64,000 nt of DNA from Adineta vaga (taxonomy: Eukaryota; Animalia; Rotifera): contig CP075492.1 of the NCBI GenBank assembly GCA_021613535.1, forward strand, positions 18,228,001-18,292,000, given 5' to 3'. This document shows, one piece after another, positions 37,500-49,900 of this stretch. Both the position numbers and the translations under genes were made by a program. Each line of letters begins with the position of its first letter. The first letter of the stretch is position 1. The notes under the pieces are model-generated. The model saw only the letters and a list, made by a program, of their open reading frames with translations. It did no database searches and was not told the origin of the DNA.

Positions 37500-38165
37500 A
37501 TGCAAACTCAAACTATGCTTATAGTAGTTTTTATTGGAATTCTAGCAAGTATTTCGTATTGTAGTGGAGATACATGCTATTGCAGATGCTGTGCTGGTAA
37601 TTTTTGTACACCAACTTTACAAGGCACCATTTCTATTCCATCATGTGGTTCATCTTGCAAATCACAATGTCAAAGCAAATATCCAACACAATGTACAAGT
37701 GGATCCGGCAGTGCCAATTATCAATGTGTAAGTGGCGGAGGTGGTGGTAGCAGTGAAACTCCTAATTGGATTGGTACATTTTTCGTACAAAATAGATGTG
37801 ACAAATTTTCATGTTGTTGTCCTGCCAGAGAAATCATTCTTTCATCTGTAAATACGAATAAATTGCTTATTCAAAGTCAATTTACATGTCCTGATGCAAC
37901 ATTTTTACTCAATGAAACTATTCCGATTCCTAGTAGTTTCAGTACCATTCTATTCTTTTTTGGAGATCCAATTGAAATCACACTTAGTCAAGATAGTCGT
38001 ACGATTCAACTTAACAATGCAGCATCTTCCGAATGTAGCGAAATTGCTACACGAAATGAGCCTAAACCCACCACAATGATTGGAGCTGCATCCACTGCTA
38101 CCAACAATTTCACATTCGTTTCTCTGGTGGTTAGTTCGATAATCATCTTTTTTTGCTTATTCTAA
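37500..38165 (+). CDS. Secreted Cys-rich protein with C-terminal hydrophobic (GPI-like) tail
   Basis: TATATAAA at ~37431, signal peptide, CxCxCC domain, Gly linker, CCCP domain, hydrophobic C-terminus; intronless. Confidence 0.85.
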   Translation: MQTQTMLIVVFIGILASISYCSGDTCYCRCCAGNFCTPTLQGTISIPSCGSSCKSQCQSKYPTQCTSGSGSANYQCVSGGGGGSSETPNWIGTFFVQNRCDKFSCCCPAREIILSSVNTNKLLIQSQFTCPDATFLLNETIPIPSSFSTILFFFGDPIEITLSQDSRTIQLNNAASSECSEIATRNEPKPTTMIGAASTATNNFTFVSLVVSSIIIFFCLF

Positions 38166-38860
38166 TTTTAATGTGCTTATCGCATGATTCGTCCGTTGAA
38201 TATTCCCGAGAGTGATTTTTTAACGTTTTATATTTTTTTCAAAAATAAATTCATATGTCACGATTATTGATATCTTCTATTACGAACATTACTAGACAAA
38301 TCTCATTCAGAAATGTTGCTCATAGGTGGATTGATGTAACGCACCATATATCTGCTCTTTTTCATCATTATAACATATATTTCGTTTCGAAATATTACTC
38401 GTACAGTGAGAGGGAAAGAATGAAAGATATATCTAATACCAGGTGTGGATATAGAATGCATAAATATCTGTTCTTCTCTTACATCCTATGCCAACAACTA
38501 CTTTCACCTTCAACATGGAAATTACCAACACAATCGTAAAGATTTTTGTGAGGATTAACAGATGATGAACAGCAAATACCAAACTGTTTGTTTTTCTCTT
38601 TAATATGATTTCAATATTCAAACATAATTTAAGAAAAAATTAATCTCATCTCTTGAAGTAAATCATCATTTTTATATGATTTTGTATTACCGATATTTCG
38701 ATACTAAGTTAATGTTATGCCACTTTTCGCGAGTGGGTTGTACCGTTGTAAAATTGCGAAATGAAAAGGAAGTGAAGAACGAAAAATATGGAAATATATA
38801 AAGATGATTATTAAAAGAATTATTGTAAAAGTATCATTTGTGTATTAACATTATTTCAAC

Positions 38861-39390
38861 ATGAATAATTATCGTTTCGATCGTTTACCCACGGAGATTA
38901 TTCACATCATTTATCTGCTCATGATATTCTTCTGACATTTTCTAATCTGAATTCAAATCAATTTTTCGATCTCACTTCGATCTTGTATGTCATCGTGTAT
39001 CACCAAATCATGTGATTTCATTAACATTATCTGATCAAAATGATACACCTCATCAATCTCAATTATTTTTTTCACAATTTCAAATCACAGATTTTCCTCG
39101 ACTTCGATTGATAAACATGTAAGTTTTTTGTTATGACTATATAGCATCATTTATATTTTATTCTTTTATTTAGAAATGAAAATCTTCTCAAGAAAAATAT
39201 TGGTTATTACAACGAGGATATCATTATTATCGTTTCATTGATCATAATATCGTTTACAGATTCTTTCAATACATTGTACTTAAACCAACATGGTATTTTT
39301 GTATCATATATGTTTTATTACATCCTGTAGGACGATGGAGTATTCTATTTATCTCATTCTTATGTGTATATCTCATGGAAAAATTTTTCA
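38861..39390 (+). pseudogene. Highly degenerate F-box gene
   Basis: MNNYRFDRLPTEIIHII F-box start, VISLTLSDQNDTPHQSQLFFSQFQITDFPRLR segment, deletions. Confidence 0.6.
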
Positions 39391-40234
39391 ACAAATACCG
39401 TGGTAATTAACGGTTTATTACTTGCGGTTTTGAACGGTGATTTTGCACCGAAAAAGTCAGACCGGTTATTAGGTTTTTCTACACCAGCCGAAACCACGAT
39501 TATAAACGGTTTTTGAAAAAAATAAATTCATCATATTGATGGTATATTCTTTCTGACATCTATCTGATAATCTTTAACTTTTCTATGTTTGTAACCTATC
39601 CATTATCTAAAGACGGTACTTTAACACCTCAGTCAATTCATTCAATACCACTATATATATTTTTTTCCTCTGATTAGATTCAAAATTTTTACTGAGTGAT
39701 TGCAATCCACTAATTCCATTCAACCATCCGATGATGTTCGTACTAATATCAGATATGATAGTCTAATCTAATCTAATCAGTGATAAAAAATATTCTCATT
39801 TAGATTGATGTTTTATTTATTAGTAGATTTTTACGAATCTTATAATTTTATTGAATTTTCTGAGATATTCATGTTGATGATGTGCTATATGGAATATATA
39901 AAATCTTATTTATCACTCATAGTCATGATTATTAAACTATAAACATAATCTATTCGAATAAAATCATTTCTGGAGACAAATATACATTTATGAGGATCTT
40001 TCGTTGATGAACTGCAGTATCATGTGTTACGACAAAGTCTAACTATTTGAAATATTATTACAGTTCTGCCTATATGTAGGTTTGTACGTCAGAACGCATG
40101 AGAATACTACTCGGCAGACTTATCTTAATTCCATCAGTCGAAAAAACAGATTTATGTCTATTTTTATCTCTGAACTTTTACTATCTCATGAACATATTGT
40201 CACAAATGATCATCTCAACGAAATCTGACTAATA

Positions 40235-40481
40235 CCCACAGAGACAAAATCGATAAAAAACGACGTTCTTATATTGTTTTTTTTTCCAACAAAACGTCTA
40301 TTGACTACGTTAAAAAAGTACACTTCTGTACGCGTAAAAACGATGTTTTTCTTCCCGACACAAATAGTCAATAACGACGTTTGTACGCGCACAAGTGTAT
40401 TTTTTAACGTAGTAAATAAAGATTTTGTTGGAAATAACCAACATAAGAACGTCGTTTTTTTATCGATTTTATCTGCCTGAG
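40235..40481. mobile_element. Palindromic MITE with TA flanks
   Basis: aaaatcgataaaaaacgacgttcttat...ccaacaaaa...actacgttaaaaaa pairs with ttttttaacgtagt...ttttgttgg...ataagaacgtcgttttttatcgatttt; TA on both sides. Confidence 0.8.
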
Positions 40482-41386
40482 TATCTTTAAGATGTATCCA
40501 TGTCTATTTGAATTTAGTTTAATAATTCCTCCTCAATTTGACTTTCAGAGCAAGTCTTTTTTATCTCAACTCATTTCATTTGTCAATAGAAAAAAAACTG
40601 AGTCTAACTTCAATCAGAAATATCTTTTTTTAAATTTAACTATGATTATATGGATTGAAATTGTTGTGATATATCATTATGACAAAATCACATAACAAAT
40701 ATGACCATATTACCGACACGGGAATTATTTAGCACAATGATATCTTCGTACATAATGAGACGATCGCGGTTTGAAATAGAAAGTTCACAGAATATATAAT
40801 GCCGCAACTAATCTATGTCTTATCAAGCTTTTCTGAAACCGCGATATTCAACGGTGCGAACATCGCGATTTTGTTCGAATTTACTGTGCTAAATCGATAT
40901 TGTGATACGAAACACAGCGGTCAAGTGAGGTTTATTTTGCAGACCACGATCTTTCAAGACACAACCGCAACTATTATGAAAAAACTGCGTCTTTCGGCGG
41001 TAGCGACTTAAAGATTGTTCCGTAGGATGTACCGTTTGCCACATCAGATATTTTGATGGATCGATTGTTACGAAATCCAATCACATTTTTGTCAATTTGT
41101 TTATTTACAATATTCAGTTATATGATCGATGGAAATTGGACTTCATTATTTATTTATAATATATATTGTTTCTTCCGTAATCCTTTTCAATTCACAATTG
41201 ATGGAGCTTCGAATTATTTATTAATCAATCTTTGATTATTATTGATCTCGTCGTGGTCTATACGGACTTCTCAATGTATTCAAAATCAATTTCTTTTATC
41301 TATATTATACAAGTTGCGTTCGTTGCCTCGGTTAGAACTGGATTCACATGGGCCACCTCTGTATCTCTTGCGTGCAGCAGCTCTCT

Positions 41387-41455
41387 ATCTTGAGGGAGGG
41401 TGGATGAAGGTATGAGTATTATCTTCATGCCAGACATTCTCATATGCACACCGAC
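41387..41455. repeat. Telomere-like inverted cassette (degenerate)
   Basis: atcttgagggagggtggatgaaggtatgag ... ctcatatgcacaccgac. Confidence 0.6.
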
Positions 41456-42007
41456 AATCCAATACTGGTGTCAATTTTTGATCAAGTGAAACAGCGGGAG
41501 GTAGTTGGATGGAATTGTGAAACTGAAGGCAACATCGACACCGTCAGCTATACCTACCATGATTCTCCTATATACTTAAAATTGCCCGAGTACATTTTAC
41601 CTTTGAATTATTCATTTTGAAACAATAACAAATCACTTGAATTTCATGCATAAACACAAAGAAATTTCGATGAATATATTGAGGTTACTGTTCTAGGTAT
41701 TTCATTCAATCACATAATAAAAACAGATCTTATTCATCGCATTTACGTCACATCATTTTTGTTACAATTATTCACTCGTTGAGAAATGCACGAAAATATT
41801 TACTTTCAGAATGTATTACTCATTTCAACAACCTACTTTAGCCGATTTATTGTAGCTTCCCCAGATTGTTTTTATAAAAACGTTTCACTATATAAAAGGT
41901 GTAGAAATTTCAGAAAATATCAGGTGCTTTCTGTGAACATTGACAAGTGTTATTCAACTACTGTACTGCATCGATAAATCACGACGATTTTAGCAGATTA
42001 ATTCAAA

Positions 42008-42295
42008 ATGAATCAATCAACTTTCGACAACTTGGTCAGCTCAGTGGCGAAAGAGAGTTTTTCTGATGCCAAAGTGAATACGATTAAAACAACTCTCCAT
42101 TGTGCTGGAGTCGTATCATCATCTCAAATGGCAAAGTTGGTGCAAATGCTCTCATTCGATAGTGCAAAAGTCGAAGTTGCAAAAGCAGGTTTTCGATATG
42201 CTATTGACCGAGGTTCTTATCCTGGTGTTGTTGGTGGCGCACTGGTTCATAGTAGTTCAAAAGAGGAATTAAACGAATATATTATGACTCAGTGA
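42008..42295 (+). CDS. Single-domain DUF4476-like protein
   Basis: F..L...VAKESFSDAK...SSQMAKLVQMLSFDSAKVEVAK...D...Y...L..SSSKEELNEYI pattern; TATATAAAAG at ~41890; CAAAATG start. Confidence 0.75.
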   Translation: MNQSTFDNLVSSVAKESFSDAKVNTIKTTLHCAGVVSSSQMAKLVQMLSFDSAKVEVAKAGFRYAIDRGSYPGVVGGALVHSSSKEELNEYIMTQ

Positions 42296-42759
42296 TTTGA
42301 TTCATTATATAATCTTAACTTTTCCATACATATTCCTTTTTCTGAACCAATCTTAACTCCTCCATATACATATTGAAATTTGTGAACTAATCTCGATTTT
42401 TCCCATTTATCTTTTAAAATAAATAATATCAACACCATACAATGAATAAAGGATGAGTCTATATTATAATCTAAAATATTCCAAGCAATCTTACGACCGG
42501 TTTCGTCCTTGCTTAAGGGACTCTCATCACACTCACGCAACTTTGTAAAAATGCACATTGGTTCTTTCCACCAACACACAAAGCTCACCGAATTATGTGC
42601 ACAAACACCCACAGAATGTTAAGAACTATCTTTTGATATAAATAAATGGTATCATCAAACAACTTTTATCCATTAATCTTTCCAAAAATATTTCCAATAT
42701 AAAGAAAATATTTTGTATTATTAAGTCCCGTTGCACAAATAGTCTAACACACAAAGATC

Positions 42760-42816
42760 TAGAGGGTGTGGGTGAGGGTGAGGACTAGTTATAATCATCT
42801 ACACGTACACCCTCAA
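42760..42816. repeat. Telomere-like inverted cassette
   Basis: tagagggtgtgggtgagggtgagg ... acacgtacaccctcaa. Confidence 0.88.
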
Positions 42817-44213
42817 GTGGCGTTCTTTCTGGTGAGTTTATCTCCGATGATCGTAGTGAGAAAAGATTGGAAAGCTATAATCTTACAATGCAACATTCCA
42901 ATGACTGTGGAACAATTTATTAGATTCTTCACAAACCATTGAATTGGTTTCTTTGCATGATGAATTCCGAAGGATGTAACGTTCTGAGAATGAAATAGAA
43001 TATAAAGAACACGCTAGAAGGCAGAATGTATCATTTAAAGGTGTATTGATTTACGATTGGTGAACTATAGTTGCCGTTAGTTGTTCGACTCAATGTGTGA
43101 AGAATTGTTCTCACAAATTCAATGCTTAGATTTTTTTTAAAGTTAAAACAAACATTACTTTTCTTTTTGCTTCTGTTGTGAGCACACGTTGTTCGAAAGA
43201 GAAAGCAACAATACCAAAACACTGATCATGTAAATCTATAAGCATTTTCAATACGGTTTGTCTTTTTCATCTATAAATGAAGTTTTCTTTCAAGGTCTAC
43301 TCATCCTGAATATAATATTTCTTATGTATCGAATCCAATGCATGAGAATGTGAACATGTCATCCAACACGGTGAATCAAATAAATGATGATTTAAATGCA
43401 GTAAGATTTTACCTTTGTAATAAATATTATAAAATGATGATTTGTTTTAATGTTAGGTCAAAATACAAATGACTAGAAATATCGAAGGGATCCTTGAACG
43501 TGGAGAAAACATAGCGACTATAGTACAAAGATCAGGTTAAAGTATTTCGTTATGGTCATTCAATAAAAATGATTTCTCTATTTAGATCAAATCAGCAACA
43601 ATGCACAAATTTTCAGTCGAACTGCACGCGATATTAAGACAAAAATGTGGTGGCAAAATTTGAAAGTAATGATACATATCGGATTCTATATTAATCACTT
43701 GTTTGAAATCGTGTAGATGTGGATTTTTATAGTAGTTATTATTTGTTTAGTTACTATCGGTATTGTTCGTAAGTTTTGTTTCTTTCATTTAAATTTATAA
43801 TCTTTGAACTTTTATAATTATAGTGATTGCGGTACTTCTCAAGAAAAACGACAATTAACTATGTTTCTTCTACATATTACAAACATTGTTTTCTCGATCA
43901 CATAAGTACAATTAAGATAAATAAAATTCGTCATTCTACCTACTCTGATATCATTTGAGAAAGGTTATCTTTAAACGTGATTATATTATGTTTCATAATT
44001 TACTTCATCAAATTGATTTCTTCGATATGGAATAGGTTACAAGAAAGGTGTTAGGATGAGAGTTAAAGGTACAGTCGGGTGTGAGCGAGTTTCAATGAAT
44101 AGATTCAATGCATCGTACGATGCGTTTCGACAGTTGCTTAGACTGCCAATCATCAGGCATGTTCTTAAACAATAGGGTACATAATCATTCAAATGTCACC
44201 TAAATTCGGAAGA

Positions 44214-44417
44214 TGGGTGTGGGTGTGATATTAGCTACCACAACTAGTTTCACCTCGGCTAAGAAGATCTGCGGATGACTAAAATTTCGTTTGATCCGAA
44301 AATCAACAAAATTATCAGTTAAATTTTTGTTGAATGCGTGAAAATTGCTAAGGACAGATTCTTAAGGGTAGGTGTGGGTGTGGGTGCGAAAGAAGAAGGG
44401 ATACACCCACACTGTCA
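44214..44417. repeat. Two telomere-like cassettes (44214-44256 and 44361-44417)
   Basis: tgggtgtgggtgtg...cacctc; cttaagggtaggtgtgggtgtgggtg-cgaaagaagaagggat-acacccacac. Confidence 0.8.
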
Positions 44418-46270
44418 GAAAAATGCAGCAGTATTTACATTTTTAGACAGAGTGGAAGGAAGTCATTGATCGATCAATCCTAGGCGGTTTTGCCTACAGT
44501 GAAGATGTTGTTGTTGCAAGAATAGGAAATAATACTAAAACGTGAGTTAACTTGCAATAAGATTTACTGTGAATCAGGGTATGGATGCCGTTAATTCTAT
44601 CTATTCATATCCATCTTTTACACTTTCAACGATGTCATATAGCGCTATTTAAAGACAGAAAAGTTTGGAAACATATCTCAGACCGAGCGACTCCATTTTT
44701 GGGATGTAAATAGTAACCTCATAGTAGTTCCATCCACTCACACTCTAATAAACAAAAATTTGCCTCTTCATTTCTATACTATTGTACTTTGTATAAAATT
44801 TATTGATGAATCCAGACATGTTTTGAGAGTTTTTTTTAGTATAGTGTATAGTTTATACTGCAATAAAACATTTAAGCCATATATTTACTGTGCAATATAT
44901 TTTATACAAAACATGATAGTACAAGAAATGAAGGGTGAAAGAAATTTGTCCACGGAATTTGTATAAAAGGTAATTTGTTTGTCCATTACTTATGCAAAGG
45001 GAAAAAACAGTTCATGAAAAAATCATTATCATCGATAAATAAAATGGGTATTCTTTGACTATCGAGTAAAGTCTTTTTTTCTCGTTTTTATACCATAAAG
45101 TTAGAATTTTATTCAATTTCGTATATATACGGTGGATTGTGCCTATTATACGTTCTTTTCTTCATCTTGACGAAAGAAACCCCTAGTAGTGTGCGTATTT
45201 GTGAAAAACGTAAAACAAGTTAAAAATTAAACGTAGTGACGGAGTGCTTTGGATTCGTCTTTCTTCTGAACGCTTGATCTTTTTTCTTTTTCGAACTTTT
45301 AGCAAAAAATTCAGATAGATTATTTAAAACTTCTAGAAGAGGTTTTAACTAGTATAGTAAAGTTGTTTTACTCCGCGGAAAATATCATGCTACTTTTATT
45401 GAGAGGTATGTAACCAACAAAGAAAACTTTTATCAGACTGTTTCTGTCGGTAGACTTAAAACTACAGGTTTAGGTCGATGTTAGGAGAAATAAGAGAGAC
45501 TTCGTACTTCCAATATAGTTCCTTACACTTTTATGATATTTCGAAGTAAGAATTCTCGCTCTTTTCACCATTGAGCATCTTATATTTCAAAAACGTATTT
45601 GCAGCGGTTTTTGGGTACTTTAATAAGCTTTTACAGTGAATTTTTAGAAATAAGAAGGTTTCGAGGTAAAAACGAGGCAAAATCTCAAGAATTCATTATT
45701 AATCTTTCGAAAGTTTGTAAAAAGCTCAAAACAACTTTCCTACTTGAAATTTAAAGACCAAATCATACAACATATCAGAAGGCCTCGAGGGTTTCCAATA
45801 CGGAAGGGGGATAATGAAGGGATTAATCATATATGAAAGTCAGTTCGCCTTTTGTTTGAACTCTAAGTGTCGAATCTGATGTTTTCGCGTAAAACTTTCA
45901 TTGAAAGTCTTTTTCTAAAAAAATTGGTTGCCAAGATATCCATTTGATTGAGTTAAATAGTATTCAGATGCATAATCTTTATATTAAAGTAACATGAGAA
46001 ACAGCTTGAAAACTCGATTTCGATTAATTCGTGGTTTACCAGCAGGATTGAAACGTAAAATGCGTTTAGACTGTAACTTCCTGTATCGACTTTCTCCAGA
46101 GAGAATTAGTTTTGAAAAATGGATTTTTATCAACGTTTCCCATTTGACATTTGAACTTCCACCCGGCAATAATCATGCAGGAGACAGTAGTACGTAGGTC
46201 TTACCATCAGTTTCTCATTCTCTTTCTGTACCGATTTAAAAAAAAACATTTAGATCACTATCAATCAAAA

Positions 46271-46564
46271 ATGCCATCCTTTGTTTGTCAAACTACCGGG
46301 TGCAATAATCAATGTGCCGTCGGTAATGGCAATTATACTAATACTGGAGATGATAGATGTGAGAGATGCAGCTACATGCCCGGCGTTCCTTCTATGTTGG
46401 GTGGTGGTATTTTGGGTGTACTGGCTTTTGGCCCTTTGGGTCTTCTTATTCCTCTCGCTAGTGCGGTTGGTGGTATGGCTACTGATTATTATTCTTATCG
46501 CAGTCGTTATAGATGTGGAGTCTGCTGCAATGTTTATTGTGAAACTTGTTGTATTCATCAATGA
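46271..46564 (+). CDS. 97-aa Cys-rich protein with Gly-rich hydrophobic hairpin
   Basis: CAAAAATG start; Cys clusters flank LGGGILGVLAFGPLGLLIPLASAVGG; GC-richer than flanks. Confidence 0.65.
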   Translation: MPSFVCQTTGCNNQCAVGNGNYTNTGDDRCERCSYMPGVPSMLGGGILGVLAFGPLGLLIPLASAVGGMATDYYSYRSRYRCGVCCNVYCETCCIHQ

Positions 46565-47249
46565 TAAAACAGACCAACTTATGTATCTGAGATACAAATC
46601 AATCTGCTGTGCTAAACTTTTGTCTTTTAGTAATCTATTTTTTTATAGTAATTTTAAATGATAACTTCTTTTATTTTTTTTAGTTAATTAAGGCTGAGCG
46701 CGTTTTACCTTTATATTAACCGTCATAATGACTTCCCTATATCCCATCCTCAAAGATATAGTAGAGCAATAATAATTTTTGTCCGAAGGACTTAATAAAG
46801 CTATATTAACAAACAATCTTTTGATTTTGATGAAATTAGATCAAATCTGTACGGTCACTTGCAAAATAATCTTTGAAAAAGGCATCGACAGAACGATGTT
46901 CACTCATAGCTGACGATTTCATGTTACGCTATTAATTAAATTATAATGTTCTTTTTCAGAGAATAGATTATTTTCAATCTAAATTAGGAAAAATAAGGAA
47001 CAGATGAATGAGGTGTGACAATCTCTCTGACATACGCTGTACGCGTAATACGGTTTTTCTCATCTAATGGATTATCCTTATTTATGTACATTCTGATGTA
47101 CTTTGATAGAATATTTTCTTGCGTTCTCTTCTGTAGCGACGAGTATATAAACGCGTGTCTTGTATCAGAACGATGCGATTTACGAGGAAGAAATAAACAA
47201 AGGCGTAGTTCCATCAGCGCATACATCTCTTCCATCAAAAATCGTCACA

Positions 47250-47318
47250 TGAGGGTGTGGTTGAGGTCTATGTGTGAATATGCTAGTCACATTCTTGCCC
47301 ATTCACTCACACCACACA
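47250..47318. repeat. Telomere-like inverted cassette
   Basis: tgagggtgtggttgagg ... cactcacaccacac. Confidence 0.75.
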
Positions 47319-48707
47319 ATATGGATCAGTGCCGAGAGTTGACTGTGAAATGATAAACGAAGCTAGTCGGTAAACTGATCATTTGAAATCACATGCTATA
47401 TCAGCAAAATTTCAATGAAAGAAACAGGTAAAACGAAACCAGCAAAAAAATCTGGAATTTTTTTGAAAAATGGTCCCATATATGAGATACACACGTAGAG
47501 AAAAGTCTTTCTCCCCTCTTTATTTCTGCACTATTATACTTTGTTTAAAATTTATAGCCGAATAAAGATTTGACTTGAGAGTTTTATTGTATTGTGATCC
47601 GTATAACTATACTGAAATAAAACCCTTCAGTCATATCTCTACTCGGTAATAAATTTTATATATAGAATGCCAGCAAAGAAATGAAGAGAGAGAAGACTTT
47701 TGTCCGAGACTGTAGTTTCGAAGAGCACGTATAAGATACCCAACATAAGCCATCTTTTGTAAGTGAATCCCACAACAGATAATTAAATAACCTGTCTTTG
47801 TCACTTTTTTCACGAACTCCACCTTTTGAAAAATTTCAGTTGTAAAATACCCATCTCTATAAACCGGTTAATTTTTTTACACCCGATTCGGTTTCAGTAC
47901 TGATCGAGGGCGATAAATGATGATTTTAAGTAACTAATTATCCGTTCAGTTTCAGTCATGCAGAAGTTTGATGAAATGATAGCAGGAATAGAATGAAAAA
48001 TGATCCTAATGAGTGTCGAGTTCAAAATTAAAATGAAAAACTCCCTGAAATAGTACAGAATTTTTAAAACAAGTTTACTCATAAGAAAAATACAATCGTG
48101 TACACAGTATAAAAAAGACGTAGGAAACGGTTTACACTGTTCTGTTTCGATTCTTTGTCGATTTCTTAAAATTCATTTGTAACACATCTGTTTTGTTGAT
48201 ATTTTTTAATGTACAAATTCGAAAAGAGCAGTAAAATGAACTACATATAATTATTTTTCTGTTTTTTTTTTGTTGTTTCACTCAGTATAACACAGGCGTT
48301 TTTACTACTCGTTTGTTGAAAGTTAAAAATATACACATTTGAGCGTCAAAAGCTTTGGGTTTTCAAAAAAGTACGCGATATTGTCGTATTTTCCTTCTAC
48401 TTTCAAGAAAAATTTTGCTGATTTTTCTCCTGATTTTTAAAGAAAATCTCCTGATCAACTCCTAACTGTTAACGAAAAAACCCGGATTTCTAAAATTTGG
48501 ATTTTGTGGGAGAAAAGTCGAATTTGTGTTTATGATTATTTTCAGAGGATTCGGAAATTTTAATCAGGTAAATTTTTTACTGGGTGCTTCAAGTGTTATT
48601 TCAATTCAATTCTGTGAGTTAACAAGTTTCAAAAGAAACATTTTGATTAGAGCACTCAATGTATTCTTTTTAGAATATATACACGCACAGTACACAATAC
48701 ACGAGGC

Positions 48708-49649
48708 ATGGGTGTCGAAGCTTCAAAAACATCTGAACGATCAGCCCTAAGTAAACTTTGAATTTCTTTTGTATAAAAATACCCACTTCGAAGATTAAAA
48801 AACCCTTGAACGACTTTTCAACTCTGCAGAACACTAAACAAAGACTTCTTTGATAATTTTACTTGCCACAACCTATTTTCTGTTTCCCATTTTTGACTGT
48901 GTACACGCTTGAGTGTAGAGCATTTCGATTCTGCTTTCATGTTTATTATATTGCCTGAATTAAGTGAATTTCTCTCTTACTTAGTAGTTGGCGCTGTTGG
49001 AGTCGACAAGCTGACGAGTCCTTTCTTGCCTCCTTTGATTGCTATGCTAGCCGAGGGTACTGGAAGCCATTTTTATTCTTATGACAGTGCTCGAAAAGAA
49101 TTGAGCTTCAAACTTTTGGAAGAAAATCCATACAAGGAAAAATTGCAACAAGTTTATCCGATTATGATCGACGAAGGCCAATTGACGGACGAAATGTTGT
49201 CTGTCATTAAACAGTATACAGGTAATCATTACTTGAAAACAAACTTAAATTTGTTATCAAATTTTGATATCGATTGGGATTATACGAATAAACTGCGATC
49301 GATCATACGTGGTCTGTATCAATCGGATCTACGAAGTGTTTATTATCGAGGACTCAATTTGTCAGACATTGAAGTCAATTATTATAAGGAGAAGATTGGT
49401 GCATGCTACTACACAAATTCATTTTCATCATTTACGACCGAAAAAGATAAGGCTTTTACGGGTAATGCACTGATCATATTAAAAACAACAAAAAATAATC
49501 GATTAAATATTGCGAACGTATGGAAATGGAGCTGTTTTCCAAATGAAATGGAAGCAATATTATCAATTGCGAGTCGATTACAAATTTTGAATATTTATGC
49601 AAAGGACAATCTTTGGATCATCGAAGTTCAATTGATTGGAAATGAGTAA
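48708..49649 (+). CDS. R-S-E class mono-ADP-ribosyltransferase (VIP2/ART-like), predicted N-myristoylated
   Basis: YT...Y...N, YYRGL, SFSSFT, FPNEMEAIL (ExE); inferred exon 1 48708-48750 (MGVEASK...) splices in phase 1 to 48985. Confidence 0.82.
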
Positions 49650-49805
49650 CAGAAAGCAAGCAGACAAAATCTTACATGCAATTATTTCCATCAAAATTTA
49701 AGACTGAACCTATTTTTTTGGACTAGACATTTGTGATTATGATATCTTATTTCGATAAAATCAGAATGCTTACAAAAATATGTATTGAAAACGCCGAAAG
49801 AAAAA

Positions 49806-49900
49806 AGGGTGTGGGTGTGAGTGTGTATGTTTAGATCTCGAGGGTGAAAAGAAGAGTATTACCTACATCCTCTTTTTGCCAACATCCACACCCACCCTAG
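49806..49900. repeat. Telomere-like inverted cassette (possibly compound)
   Basis: agggtgtgggtgtgagtgt...atctcgagggtg-aaaagaagagtattac...-catccacacccaccct. Confidence 0.85.

Noticed and set aside
39395-41040. ACCG/CGGT-rich patches (39395-39515, 40760-41040) as MITEs
   Set aside because: Likely old MITE relics, but the termini are not resolvable
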